Positions 32,541 through 43,820 are shown, counted from the first letter of the stretch. The stretch: 64,000 nt of DNA from an uncultured delta proteobacterium (GCA_963821845.1 CAWGFI010000006.1:316628-380627), one strand, 5' to 3'. Program-made: numbers and translations. Notes: generated from the sequence alone by a model not told the origin.

Positions 32541-33584
32541 ATGGAATTACGGGAATCAATAGGCCAACTTTTCATGATCGGTTTTCACGGTCTCGAACTC
32601 GCCGACCATCACCGCGAGGTGTTGCGACATACCCGGCCGGGCGGGATTATCCTCTTCAAACGCAACGCGGAGACTCCCGAACAGGTGGCCCGCCTGTGCG
32701 AGCAGGCTCAGACCGTCGCCACCGAGGCCGGGGGACCGCCGCTGTTCATCGCCATCGACCAGGAGGGTGGGGTGGTGACCCGGCTGAGCCCGCCCTTTAC
32801 CCAATTCTCCTCCCAGGGAGACCTGATCGACGCCCACTACGAAGAAGTTTTTCTTCGGGGCGAACTCATGGCCCGGGAAATGAAACTGGTCGGCCTCAAT
32901 ATGAATCTGGCGCCGGTCCTCGACGTTCGAAGGCCGGACGATACGACCAAAAATTTCCATCGCAGCTTTTCCGAAGACCCGCATCGCGTGGCCACGCTGG
33001 GAACCGCGCTGATCCGGGGGCTGCAAACCAACGGCGTGATGGCCTGCGCCAAGCATTTTCCTGGACTGGGCCAGGCGAAAGTCGATCCCCACGTGGATCT
33101 GCCCATCGTCGATTCCGACCTGACCACCGAACTGATCCCCTTCCAGGGGGCCATCGCCCAGGATGTCAGCGCGGTGATGATGTCGCACGCCATTTATCCC
33201 GTTCTCGATCCCGACTTTCAGGCCAGCCTTTCCCCGGCGATGGTCCGCGGATTGCTGCGCAAAAAACTCGGCTATCGCGGCCTGGTCATTACCGATGACC
33301 TGGAAATGGGCGCCGTGACCAGGAGCTACACGCTGAGCGAATGTTCCATCAAGGCCTTCCGCGGCGGCTCCGACATTCTCCTGATCTGCAGCAAGCTGGA
33401 AGAAATACCCGGTTGCTTTGAAGGAGTCGCCGCCGAAATAGAAGGCGCCGCCGAACTCGCGGAACGCGTTCGCGAATCTGCCGCGCGTATCGCCAAGCTG
33501 AAACAGCTTTATCTGAAATCCTACCAGCCGCCCGACTACGCGGAGATCGAACGCTACTTTTCCGAAAGGAGCGACGCGAAATAA
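32541..33584 (+). CDS. nagZ: Beta-N-acetylhexosaminidase (GH3)
   Basis: GGIILFKRN, IDQEGG, NLAPVLD, KHFPGLG...DPH, ITDDLEMGA. Confidence 0.9.
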   Translation: MELRESIGQLFMIGFHGLELADHHREVLRHTRPGGIILFKRNAETPEQVARLCEQAQTVATEAGGPPLFIAIDQEGGVVTRLSPPFTQFSSQGDLIDAHYEEVFLRGELMAREMKLVGLNMNLAPVLDVRRPDDTTKNFHRSFSEDPHRVATLGTALIRGLQTNGVMACAKHFPGLGQAKVDPHVDLPIVDSDLTTELIPFQGAIAQDVSAVMMSHAIYPVLDPDFQASLSPAMVRGLLRKKLGYRGLVITDDLEMGAVTRSYTLSECSIKAFRGGSDILLICSKLEEIPGCFEGVAAEIEGAAELAERVRESAARIAKLKQLYLKSYQPPDYAEIERYFSERSDAK

Positions 33585-33608
33585 CGTTCATGATTCGGAA
33601 ACACGCGG

Positions 33609-34535
33609 CTACACGGAAACTCGGTTTTTACCTCGGGTTTTACTCCGGTACATGAGCTTATCCGCCCGTTCGACAACCGATTCCATGGACTCACCAGGCG
33701 CGGCCAGCGTCGCGCCGAGCGAAATGGTGACCTGTACCGAATCGAGGTTCATCGGCAGCATCGAGTGCTCGACCATGGTCCGGTAGCGGTTCGCCACCAC
33801 CGTCAACTCGGATGGGGTAAGATTCCAGAGAACCGCCAGGAACTCTTCGCCACCCCATCGCCCCACCACCTCGAATGACCGCGTAACGCCGCTCAATGTT
33901 TTCGCCACCATCCTCAGAACGCTGTCGCCTGTTTCATGCCCGTAGCTGTCGTTCACCTGTTTAAAGTCGTCTATGTCGATGAAAATGATCCCGTACAGCC
34001 TGCCGTAGCGCAGCATTTCATAATAACGGGCCGCCTGCAGGGATTCCATGTACCGTCTGTTGGGCAATCCGGTGAGATGGTCGATGAGCGATTCCCGTTC
34101 CAATCTCTCAATGCGCTGCATCGCCGCTATTTTGGTGGAATTTTCACTGAACGTCTCGACCGCGCCGATGACCTTGCCCTCGCCGTTCATGACCGGAGCG
34201 ATTCTATAATCCACGGATAACCGGTGTCCTTCTTTATGACGCAGGGAAATATCCTGTTCGCAGATCGCTCCATCGAGAAGCGATTGTGACAACGGACAAA
34301 GCCCGACTCCTCCTTCATCGATGTGCTTAAGAAAAGTGTCCTGGCTGTATTTTCCTTCCATTTCACGCGCTGAGTAACCGCTGATTTTTTCGGCGGCCTT
34401 GCTCCAGTAAACAATCTTTTTGTCGGTGTCCACGCAGTAGACACCTTCGCTCAGGGTATCGAGAACCGCCTTATAGAACGCAAGAGAAATCTCCACTCCA
34501 ACTCCTTTCCGCGAGGCCGCCTTTTGCGCATGCAA
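33609..34535 (-). CDS. PAS-GGDEF diguanylate cyclase
   Basis: N-terminal PAS, DHLTGLPNRR, DIDDFKQVND, GRWGGEEF. Confidence 0.92.
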   Translation of the reverse strand: MHAQKAASRKGVGVEISLAFYKAVLDTLSEGVYCVDTDKKIVYWSKAAEKISGYSAREMEGKYSQDTFLKHIDEGGVGLCPLSQSLLDGAICEQDISLRHKEGHRLSVDYRIAPVMNGEGKVIGAVETFSENSTKIAAMQRIERLERESLIDHLTGLPNRRYMESLQAARYYEMLRYGRLYGIIFIDIDDFKQVNDSYGHETGDSVLRMVAKTLSGVTRSFEVVGRWGGEEFLAVLWNLTPSELTVVANRYRTMVEHSMLPMNLDSVQVTISLGATLAAPGESMESVVERADKLMYRSKTRGKNRVSV

Positions 34536-34645
34536 TTCACGGACCCTTAAAGTACAGGCATGTATCTTTTCATATTTTTTGGCGATTTCTTCATCTTATG
34601 ATATAACGGATCAAAATCCTTTCCATTTTCGCTATCGGCGTCGTT

Positions 34646-36154
34646 ATGAACGAGGACCACATTCCACGGACCGAAATAAAGCTCGGCATTATCGGTGGGG
34701 GAACCCGCTGTAAAATGCTTCTGGAGATGTTCGAAAAGAAGCAGTTCAAGGATTTCAACGGCTCCATAGCCGCCGTGGCCGATATAAACCCCGACGCGTC
34801 CGGAATGGTCAAAGCCAGGGAAATGGGAGTGGACACCATGGACACCCGCTCCCTGCTCGATCGAGAAGACCTTGATCTGGTCCTGGAACTTACCGGAGAT
34901 GAAAAGGTGCGTCAAAGCATCGAACGCCTCCCGGCCCCCGCGACCGTCTGGAAAATGCTTTCCATCAACAAACTGATCTATGACGTGTTGCGGATTCGAG
35001 CCCAGGAGCTGAAGGCCGAGGCGAAACTGGACAAGAACACGCAATTTCTCCAGACCGTGGTCGATTCGGTTCAGGAAGATATCGTCATCATCGACACCAA
35101 TTACCAGATCGTCGACATCAATAACTCCACGCTTCGCAGCACCGGCCTGACTCGCAAGGAAATCATCGGAAAGCCCTGCTATCAGATCACCCATCACAGC
35201 CTCACACCCTGCGAATGGCCTGATCATCCCTGTCCGCTGCAACAGGCGCTGGAAACCGGCAAGCCGACGCGAGCAAGCCACACCCATTTCACTCATGACG
35301 GAACCCGCTATTACGAGGTCGCGCATTATCCGGTCCGGGACGAAACCGGCGCGGTTTCCCTGGTCCTGGAAATCGGCCGGGATATCAGCGACATTGTCAA
35401 TTCCAGGCTTCAGACGACCACCGAACGGATCAAGCGGGACTATAACCGGCTGGTCATCGAAGACAAATTGATTTCCATGGGTAAGCTCATGGCTGGCGTG
35501 GTGCATGAAATCAACAATCCGCTCACCGGGACCCTGAATCTCGCGCGTCTGGTTTCGGCCAACATGAAGGAAGGCATCGTGAACGAGGCTCAACTGGAGG
35601 AAAACATCCAGTACCTGGACCTGATCGCCTCTGAGATCGACCGGACCAGCAAGATCGTTTCCAACCTGCTCTTCTTTTCCCGTCAACAGCCCCGGGAGGA
35701 AGTGAAGGTAAACGTCCGGGAAGTCATGGACCGGGTGCTGACCATCGCCAGCCATAACCTGAAAATCCAGCAGATCCTGGTCAGCCGCGCCTACGATCCC
35801 GACCTTCCCGAAATACGGTTTCAGGCGGGGCATCTGGATCAGGCGCTCATGAACGTGGTGTTCAACGCCATCGAAGCCATGCCCTACGGCGGCGAGCTAG
35901 ACATAACACTGTTAAGGGAGTCTTCGGACAAGGTAAAAATATCGGTCAAGGACACCGGTTACGGGATCAAGGAAGAAGACATGTCCAAGATCTTCGAGCC
36001 CTTCTTCTCCACCAAGGGGCAGGCCAAGGGGGTGGGGCTGGGGCTTTCGGTGGTCCATGGCATTATCAATGCGCATGAAGGAACCATCCATTTCAACAGC
36101 GAACCCGGCGAAGGCGCCGAGTGCGTCATCATCCTGCCCATCGAACGGGGCTGA
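34646..36154 (+). CDS. Cytoplasmic histidine kinase with Rossmann-like N-terminal domain and Cys-rich PAS
   Basis: LGIIGGG...VADINPDA, PAS with PCYQITHH...PC...PCP, HEINNP, DTGYGI, FFSTK, GVGLGL; no TM segment. Confidence 0.92.
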   Translation: MNEDHIPRTEIKLGIIGGGTRCKMLLEMFEKKQFKDFNGSIAAVADINPDASGMVKAREMGVDTMDTRSLLDREDLDLVLELTGDEKVRQSIERLPAPATVWKMLSINKLIYDVLRIRAQELKAEAKLDKNTQFLQTVVDSVQEDIVIIDTNYQIVDINNSTLRSTGLTRKEIIGKPCYQITHHSLTPCEWPDHPCPLQQALETGKPTRASHTHFTHDGTRYYEVAHYPVRDETGAVSLVLEIGRDISDIVNSRLQTTTERIKRDYNRLVIEDKLISMGKLMAGVVHEINNPLTGTLNLARLVSANMKEGIVNEAQLEENIQYLDLIASEIDRTSKIVSNLLFFSRQQPREEVKVNVREVMDRVLTIASHNLKIQQILVSRAYDPDLPEIRFQAGHLDQALMNVVFNAIEAMPYGGELDITLLRESSDKVKISVKDTGYGIKEEDMSKIFEPFFSTKGQAKGVGLGLSVVHGIINAHEGTIHFNSEPGEGAECVIILPIERG

Positions 36155-36288
36155 CGCCGCGTGGGATGAACGTATTAGGCGAAGGGCGCGACAAACGGCC
36201 CGCCCTATGTCCCCAAAAATGGAACTAGGGTGGGCGCGCATCATATGATAGCTTTTTAGTCCGCATAACATCACAAGGTCAGGTCATC

Positions 36289-37647
36289 ATGGCTCCCAAT
36301 AACATACAGGTCCTGGTGGTGGACGACGAACTCAGCATACGCGTGTCCCTGCAGGGCTGGCTCAGAAAATTCGGCTGCTCGGTCGATGTAGCCTCGGACG
36401 GGCCGTCGGCGCTCGGGATGGTCGAGGAACATCTTTACGATCTCATGCTGCTCGACATCAAGATGCCGGGCATGGGCGGCATCGAGGTGCTGAAAAAAGT
36501 CCGGGAAGACTCGCCGGAAACGATCGTGGTGATGATCACCGCCCACGGTTCGGTGGAATCGGCCGTGGAATCCATGAAGATCGGCGCCGGCGACTACCTC
36601 ATGAAGCCCTTCGATCCCCCGCAACTCAGCCTGCTCCTGGAAAAGGCCGCTCAGCAGCGTAGGCTCCTGGACGAAAACCGGCTGCTGCGCGAACGATTCG
36701 AAAACCACTCCGGGTTTCATAATCTCATTGGCGCGTCCGAAGCCATGCGCAAGGTCTTCCGGATGATCCGCGACGTCGCCGCCAGCGACGCCTCGGTGCT
36801 GCTGAAAGGTGAAACCGGCACGGGCAAGGAACTGGCGGCCAAGGCCATTCACGCGCTCAGCGGCAGGAGCTTCGCGCCCTTCGTGGCCATAAATTGCGGC
36901 GCTTTTACGGAAAGTTTGCTGGAAAGCGAACTGTTCGGTCACGAAAAAGGCGCTTTTACCGGCGCCCAATTCCCCAAGAAGGGGCGGTTGGAAATGGCGC
37001 ACGGAGGCACGCTCTTTCTGGACGAAGTGGCCGAAATCAGCGCCCGGATGCAGGTGGACCTGCTTCGCGTGTTGCAGGAAAAACAGTTTCACCGGCTGGG
37101 CAATCCCCAACCCATATCCATTGACTTCCGGCTTATTTCCGCGACGCACGCCAATCTGGAAGAAAACATAAAACAGGGGACATTCCGCAAGGATTTCTAC
37201 TATCGCGTCAACGTCATATCCATCGACATACCGCCGCTGCGCGACCGTAGTGAGGACATCCCGCTTCTGGCCGAATGCTTCCTCAACCGCTACGCCAAGG
37301 AAACCGCCAAGCGGTTTTCCGGGATATCCAAGGACGCCATGCGGCTGCTGATGGACTATGACTGGCCGGGAAACGTGCGCGAGTTGGAAAACGTCATCGA
37401 GCGGGCGGTGGTTCTGGGCAAAAAGGCCCAGATCCGGCCCGAGAACCTCCCCTTCACGAATCTCGACAGCGGGCGTTCCGGCGACCGTTCCCTGGAAGCC
37501 GTTGTCAGGGAGCACATCGGCGAGGTGCTGGAAAAAAGCGATTGGAACCTGTCACAGGCGGCCGACATTCTCGGCGTGAATCGCGCCACGCTCTACCGCA
37601 AGCTGCAAAAGTACCAGATAAATCGTCCGGCCGATAAAAGTGAATGA
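36289..37647 (+). CDS. Sigma54-dependent NtrC-family response regulator
   Basis: Receiver, [22 protein letters not shown], Fis-type HTH. Confidence 0.95.
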   Translation: MAPNNIQVLVVDDELSIRVSLQGWLRKFGCSVDVASDGPSALGMVEEHLYDLMLLDIKMPGMGGIEVLKKVREDSPETIVVMITAHGSVESAVESMKIGAGDYLMKPFDPPQLSLLLEKAAQQRRLLDENRLLRERFENHSGFHNLIGASEAMRKVFRMIRDVAASDASVLLKGETGTGKELAAKAIHALSGRSFAPFVAINCGAFTESLLESELFGHEKGAFTGAQFPKKGRLEMAHGGTLFLDEVAEISARMQVDLLRVLQEKQFHRLGNPQPISIDFRLISATHANLEENIKQGTFRKDFYYRVNVISIDIPPLRDRSEDIPLLAECFLNRYAKETAKRFSGISKDAMRLLMDYDWPGNVRELENVIERAVVLGKKAQIRPENLPFTNLDSGRSGDRSLEAVVREHIGEVLEKSDWNLSQAADILGVNRATLYRKLQKYQINRPADKSE

Positions 37648-38221
37648 ACCCAGCCCGAAACCCGGAAACGATCGGGCGCGAACGCTGATTTTGCCGATTG
37701 GCGATTCGGTGGGCCCGGACGTCCTGGAAATCATCGCGGCCAATATCCAGGCGAGCCTTTCCATCCCCGCCCAAGTCATGCTCGCCGTTCCCCTGCCTCC
37801 ACAGGTCTTTGACCTCAAGCGGAATCAGATCAACGCCCTGACAATGCTCAAGGACCTTCGCGAAAGATCATTTCCGCACGGGACGCGGATTCTGGCGGTG
37901 ACCGCCGTCGATCTGTTCATCCCGATCTTCACCTTTGTGTTTGGAGAAGCGCAACTGGAAGAACCCTTCGCGGTCATTTCGCTCCATCGGTTGCGCCGCC
38001 ATGCGGACGGAACGCCCACCCCCCTGTCGCTCTTTTATGAACGCGCCGCCAAAATCGCCGTGCACGAGATCGCTCACACCTTTAACCTCGGTCATTGCCG
38101 GGAAACGGATTGCCTCATGAAATTCATGCCCGACCTCGACGCCATCGACGGCCAGGATCTCATGTTCTGCCCCTACTGCGAACGGGATCTGCGGAGCAAA
38201 ATCGTCGACGGGGAATTATGA
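37640..38221 (+). CDS. Archaemetzincin-family (M54) zinc metallopeptidase
   Basis: DLFIPIFTFVFGEA, HEIAHTFNLGHC, CLM, FCPYC. Confidence 0.88.
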   Translation: MNEPSPKPGNDRARTLILPIGDSVGPDVLEIIAANIQASLSIPAQVMLAVPLPPQVFDLKRNQINALTMLKDLRERSFPHGTRILAVTAVDLFIPIFTFVFGEAQLEEPFAVISLHRLRRHADGTPTPLSLFYERAAKIAVHEIAHTFNLGHCRETDCLMKFMPDLDAIDGQDLMFCPYCERDLRSKIVDGEL

Positions 38222-38311
38222 CGTGAGGAATGGGAGGAAGAGGAAAAAGCCTTGCAAGGGGATTGCTCCCCCCTCGGGCGAGTGAACCGGTCATGTCTTG
38301 ACTCCTGGGCC

Positions 38312-38337
38312 GTAGGAGCGAAAAACCTTTCGCTCCC
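38312..38337 (+). repeat. GTAG-type REP-like palindrome
   Basis: GTAGGAGCGAAAAACCTTTCGCTCCC, near-identical to 28165-28189. Confidence 0.6.
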
Positions 38338-38489
38338 GCATTTTTCAGGAGCGCGGAATATCTTCCCGGCAACGAAATTTCTTTTGAAAGGCCTCGTTTT
38401 TCAAAAAAATCTTCCCGAAGATCATTTTTATCTGCTACACAAAACGGTCAAACACGAGGACGCGGCGGATGCCGCGCGAAGGGTGATTC

Positions 38490-39413
38490 ATGAGTGAGTC
38501 CAGCTCGTTGGATTCAAAAGTCTGGGGAGTGGTCCTGGTAAACCTGGCCACCATGGCCTGGGCGACCAACGCCGTGCTGGGGCGGTGGCTGCGGGGAGAC
38601 ATCGGTCCGCTGACGCTTACCTGCCTGAGGTTTACGGCGGCGAGTATTTTTTTTGCGGTTTTGCTGAGCCGCCGGCCTCCGGAAGAGCGGCGTTACGGCA
38701 AGGACAAGTGGTGGATTCTGGGCATGAGCATGGCCGGGGTGATGACGTTCAGCCCGCTGCTGTACCTGGGGCTGCGATATTCCACGGCGGTCAATTCATC
38801 GCTCATTCAGGGGTTTTCCCCGCTGGTGACGGCCATGATCGCCGGAACGCTCATTCAGGAGCCCGTTACCCGCAAGCAGGTGATCGGCGCCGTTATCGGC
38901 CTGGTGGGGGTGGTGGGCTTGATATCGGGAGGGTCGATCTCTTCGCTCTTACGGCTCCATTTCAATCCCGGTGACCTGATCCTGTTCGCCTCCGCCGTGG
39001 CCTGGGCCTTTTACTCGGTCTTCGGCCGCAAGGTGATGCGCAACCGTTCGCCGGTTTCCGCCACCGCGCTTTCCAATTTTCTGGGGCTGCCTCTTCTGAT
39101 CGCGGCCGCCGCGTTCGAACTGCAACACATTCCCCTGAACGTCCGGCTGGAAACCGTGGCCGCCATCGCGCACATCTGCGTGGTCCCCACCATCATCGGA
39201 TTCTGGGCCTGGAACCGTTCCGTTCGCGCCCTGGGGGCGGGCGGGGCCATGGCTTTCTACAACACGCTGCCGCTCTATGGCGTCATCATGGGCGCGGCCT
39301 TGCTCGGGGAGAAGCTGGGACCGTCGCAATTCCTTTTCGGCGGTTTGATTCTTGTGGGCGGACTGTGGGCCTCCGTGGGCCATCGGTTCGCTAAAAGGAA
39401 GCAAAAGAGCTGA
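38490..39413 (+). CDS. EamA/DMT-family transporter
   Basis: About ten TM segments in two EamA repeats. Confidence 0.9.
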   Translation: MSESSSLDSKVWGVVLVNLATMAWATNAVLGRWLRGDIGPLTLTCLRFTAASIFFAVLLSRRPPEERRYGKDKWWILGMSMAGVMTFSPLLYLGLRYSTAVNSSLIQGFSPLVTAMIAGTLIQEPVTRKQVIGAVIGLVGVVGLISGGSISSLLRLHFNPGDLILFASAVAWAFYSVFGRKVMRNRSPVSATALSNFLGLPLLIAAAAFELQHIPLNVRLETVAAIAHICVVPTIIGFWAWNRSVRALGAGGAMAFYNTLPLYGVIMGAALLGEKLGPSQFLFGGLILVGGLWASVGHRFAKRKQKS

Positions 39414-39489
39414 TTTCGATGGTATCATGCGGGTATGACACCCCGCATCGCCTTCGCCAGAAAACCGCGTGTCCCGCCGAGGAGACGCC

Positions 39490-40245
39490 ATGCCTGAGAT
39501 TCTCGCAGTTCTGGGACTGGCTCTGCTTCCCGCTTTCGGAAATTTCGCGGGTGGGATCATCGCCGAATTCGTCCGGGTATCGAGCCGGTCCCTCAATTGG
39601 GCGCTCCACATCGCCGCCGGTATCATCCTGAGCGTTGTCGCCGTTGAAATAATGCCTGAAACGCTTAAAAACGCTCCGGCATGGATCGTCGGGGCGGGGT
39701 TTGGCGTTGGCGGGCTGGTGTATGTGCTGGTCGATCATTTTGTGGAGCGAGCGCAGCGTAAATCCGTAGCCGGAGAAGACGCCCGCGCGTCGGCCACCAT
39801 GTGGATGGTCTATGTGGCCGTGACCGTGGACCTTTTCAGCGATGGGCTGATGATCGGCGCCGGTTCGGTCGTTTCGTACGGTTTTGCGTTGGTTCTGGCC
39901 GTGGGCCAGGTGCTCGCCGATATACCGGAAGGTTTCGCGACCATCGCCAACTTCAAGGCCAAGAACATTCCTCGGGCCGTGCGAATCGCGCTCTCCGTGC
40001 TGTTCTCCGCGCCTGTCCTGATCGCGGCGAGTCTATCCTACGCCTTCTTGCGTGGGCAGGACGAAGCCGTGAAGATGGCGACATTGGCTTTTTCGGCGGG
40101 TATGCTGACGGTGGCGGTGGTCGAGGACATAATTAGGGAAGCTCATGAAAGCGCCGAGGACACGCGATGGTCGGCGGTCGCTTTCATTGCGGGATTCGTG
40201 GCGTTTATTTTCGTCTCGGCCGGGTTGGGGGCTTCCACCCCCTGA
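39490..40245 (+). CDS. ZIP-family metal transporter
   Basis: Multi-TM; AAGIILSV...EIMPE, DLFSDGLMIG, ADIPEGFA, AGML...EAH. Confidence 0.8.
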   Translation: MPEILAVLGLALLPAFGNFAGGIIAEFVRVSSRSLNWALHIAAGIILSVVAVEIMPETLKNAPAWIVGAGFGVGGLVYVLVDHFVERAQRKSVAGEDARASATMWMVYVAVTVDLFSDGLMIGAGSVVSYGFALVLAVGQVLADIPEGFATIANFKAKNIPRAVRIALSVLFSAPVLIAASLSYAFLRGQDEAVKMATLAFSAGMLTVAVVEDIIREAHESAEDTRWSAVAFIAGFVAFIFVSAGLGASTP

Positions 40246-40391
40246 AGGCCGCGCTCCGCGACGCTCTGCCCGGACATGGAACCGGCTCTCACATCGTCAC
40301 GAGGATTGGAACGGGAAAACGACGCGTTCCAGGGAACGGCTCAACTCTGTTCCGCCGGGCGCTTCCCAAAGGATCGGATAATCGGCCGGCG

Positions 40392-40553
40392 CTAACGCCG
40401 GCCGAAAATTCTCCGCGTTTTCTCCGCCCAGTAAGCGGCCAGATAGGTTATCTTGCGCAAGAAGGTCCCGAATTTTCCCTTGGGGTTGGTGATAACGGTG
40501 TTATCTTCCTCTTGCTTCAGGATTTTTTCCATGGGACTTCTAAAAACATCCAT
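40392..40553 (-). CDS. Possible 53-aa small protein
   Basis: ATG at 40553 preceded by GGGGAGTGAGG; basic, aromatic C-terminus; no recognised motif. Confidence 0.35.
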   Translation of the reverse strand: MDVFRSPMEKILKQEEDNTVITNPKGKFGTFLRKITYLAAYWAEKTRRIFGRR

Positions 40554-40650
40554 ACGCCTCACTCCCCGGCCATCTGAAGAAAACAGGATTGATTCCTCGC
40601 GGCCAAGATTGGAAACTGGTTCCGCGGATGATTCGAAGCCTTCCCTGGCC

Positions 40651-41056
40651 TCAGGCGGCCGTTGTCTTGCTTTGTTTGTTCTGCTCGAGCGATTCAACCG
40701 CCTTGGCGATGGTCTTTCGTATCTCTTTAAGTTTAAAGGGTTTGGCGATAAAATCAAACGCGCCTTTGGTCAGGGATTCGCGAGCCAGTTCCAGGGTCGC
40801 ATAGCCGGTGATCATAATGACCCTGGTGCGCCGCGATTTATTTAAAACTCTCTCCATCACCTGCATGCCGTCGATCTCGCCCATGCGTATATCGCTGATC
40901 ACGATGTCGAAGTTCTTGGCTTCCAGCCGCTTCAACGGCTTCGGCCGGATCGACGAAGGTTTCCACCCGGTGACCGTCTTTTTCCATGAAGGCCTTCAGT
41001 CGTTCACCGACGATGGGTTCGTCATCCACAATGAGAATTTCACATGATTAGCTCAT
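40651..41056 (-). pseudogene. Single-domain response regulator, disrupted (in-frame TAA at codon 3, frameshift ~40935)
   Basis: AAGGAGG RBS, M-S-*-SCEILIVDDEPIV, then FDIVISDIRM, ITGYAT, FIAKPF in another frame. Confidence 0.75.
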
Positions 41057-42253
41057 GATTTCCTCCTTCGTTTACGGCCTGTCTTTGTCCACCACAACGG
41101 GCGTCTTGCGCCCGGGCCAGGAACTGTGGCACCCTGGTTGTCATCCGGCACGTTTGAACCCTGATCCCGCACCACCAGCAGGGTTTTCTGAATTTTTCTC
41201 CTCTGTCGATACGCTCGAATAACGTTGCCATCAGGATCACCAGAGCGCCGCTGATACCGCTGGCGAACAGGAAGAACTTGCTGGCGCCGTTGAAATATTG
41301 ATCCAGATCGGGGTCGAAGCTGATCACTTCCAACTGGCGCAGGTAGACCGGAATGGCGATAACCCGGCTGAATACGCACAGGAGAATGATCAGGCTGGTG
41401 ACCATGCGGATGTAGCTTTCGTTGACCACCTTGACGCCGTACACGCCCAGATGAATGCCCGCCAGGGAGCCGAGATAGAGCAGCATGGTCAACCGAAATC
41501 CACAAAGCCCTGATACGCGTAACTCAAGGCGCCGTACGCCCCCATGAACAGAGCCAGGAAAAGCTCGGTCCCGGTGGCCACCGCCGTGGGTACGCCGAAG
41601 ACATAGATCATGGCCGGCACGCCGATGAAGCCGCCCACGCCGATGGTGCCCGCCAGGTAGCCGGTGGCGATTCCCACGGCCATCAGCACCCACAGGCTGA
41701 CCTTGGTGTCGGCTACCGGAAAGTGTATAACCGGAGGAAGATTGAGGCGAGAGAAAAAATTGGCCATTTTCATGGAGGGGCCGGCATCGGTTTCCCCGTT
41801 TTTCCTGGAGCTGATCACATCCTTGAGCATGGATGACGGCCACGACGGATAATATACAGGCGAACACCAGGCTGATATAGAGGTTGGCGCCCGCGCTCGA
41901 CCGGGGCCGTGGCTGTCTCCGCCGCCCTTGAACAGGTAGCTGTTGATGGCCACGGCGATTTGGATGCCGATAATCGCGGTAATAAGCAGGAAGGCCGCCA
42001 ATTTCTTGTCCACATTGCCCGCCGCGGCGTGTTTCCGGGAACCCACCAGGGCCTTCCCGAATTTATGAGTGATATTGCTGGCCACGGCGATAACGCCGTT
42101 GACTCCCAGGTTCATCATGCCGGGGGTCATAAAGAAGGCCCCGCCGCTGCCGATGAAACCACTCAATATGCCACCGATAAAGCCCAGCAAGACGACCTGC
42201 AGCGCGGTAGCCAGACTGATGTCTATGAAGTTTGTCATTAGTAACTCGTGCAT
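41053..42253 (-). pseudogene. TauE/SafE-family sulfite exporter, multiply frameshifted
   Basis: GFIGSGGAFFMTPGMMNLG, HKFGKA, GTIGVGGFIGVPAMIY...AVATGTEL, LLYLGSLAGIHLG across frames. Confidence 0.8.
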
Positions 42254-42293
42254 GCGCTTCTCCCAGTCGTATCTGACATTTTAGTCTTTATTT

Positions 42294-43804
42294 TTAGTCA
42301 ATGTTGATAATTTTGAGAGCCAGGCCGGTCACGGCGCCGTACACCCAGGCGATGAAGGGGCTGAACAAGGCCACCGCCACCGCGCCAGCCATTTGTAGTC
42401 CTGATGGAGGGGTCCGTTCAGAAAGGTCAATACCGCTTTCTGATGCGTGAACACCAGCAGGTAGATCACAACCACCAGGGCCAGGAGACCGAGCAGGGAG
42501 GCCGCCTGCTTTTTACCGAACAGGAAACGTGACTTGAGTTCGTCCGCCGTGATTACCGGCGCCTTGAGTCGGTCCCGGATGGCCATGGCCAGTTCCCGGG
42601 TCTTGCGCGTTCGCGTGGAATGCCCTTTGGAAAGGAACATGTCGCCGATCACCACCAGGTTGTAGTGAGCCGGCGCCCTGAACGCGGCTTCCAGAATCTT
42701 TTCATAACCGCCGCAGATGGTGTGCCGGCCTCCGCTGCGGCCCAGATTGACAAGCGCTTCCTGGGTGCGGGTCAGACCGCCGTCATCCACTCGCGGAGTT
42801 CGGGTCGTCGTCTTCCACCCCGCCGTCGTCTACCTGCACATTCCTGGCGGCCGAATTCGGTGTCGCCCAATCCTTCCGCATCGACGGAATTCCGGGCGGG
42901 AACCAAACGCAGCAATTCCACCGCCGCCCCCCAGCGTTGAGCCAGTGGATGATCTGCTGAAAATTCTCCGATTCCGGATCGAAGCGTTCCTGCACCCACA
43001 GAATGTTGCTTTCCGCCATGGTGCACTGGATTTCCCGGCATCCCTCCAGATCGGCCAGAACGGCTGGGAATGAATTCTCTGAGCTTGTGCCTGATGCGGC
43101 GGATAGATAACGGTGACCACGCCCCGGTCGGCCAGCACTTGACAGTCGGCTTCCTGGGTGCGTTCGTCCAGGGCCAGACGCAGTTTGGCCTGGGACGCCA
43201 GGTAAAGATCGTCCAACAGTTTCATGCTGGCGGGGGTGGGTTGGAAATCAGGGAGTTCGGCCATTCCGCACAGGATTCCGGCCGCATTGGAAAGCCCCAT
43301 GTTTTCCAGATTAAGAAACACATCGAAATGATTGGGGTCGCGACCTTCCACGCCGTGCACATACCGGATCCATTTGCTCACATCCTCATCCAAATGGGAG
43401 AGATAGGCGCTCGGCCTTATCCGGCGTCATGTGCAACGTCCGCGGCCGTTCTTTGATCCGCGTTTCCGCGGGCGCCGTCAGCCCCACCCGCAGCCGGTGG
43501 CTTACGCCGGGCAGAAAGCAGGTGACCGGCGCGGCCGTGATAGATAAGGTCACCCTGACGCGATTTTTCGCAGAGCGTGGCCGTCAGAAACGCGAGATAG
43601 AGTTCCTTCTCGCGGGCCAGTTTTTCGGTAGCGCCCGGCGTTTTGATCATGGCCATCTCCAGCCGGCCGATCTTGATACCCAGTTCGCGGGCCCATCCAG
43701 CAACAATTCGCGATTCAAGACCGGCCAATTGGTCTTGCGGGCCAGAGCCTGGGCCAATTCCTCCCGTTCACCATGAAACTACTTGAAATCATTACGATTG
43801 CCAT
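42294..43804 (-). pseudogene. Cytidylate-kinase-like family protein with C-terminal membrane region, multiply frameshifted
   Basis: MAIVMISS..., LIYHGRAGHLL, D...KW.RYVHG, FDVFLNLENM fragments; C-terminal TM pair ending LALKIINID. Confidence 0.65.
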
Positions 43805-43820
43805 CTGTTATCAGCCCTCT

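Noticed and set aside
36258-36285. dif-like site (AGTCCGCATAA resembles a XerC arm)
   Set aside because: No TTATGTTAAAT-like XerD arm after a 6-bp spacer
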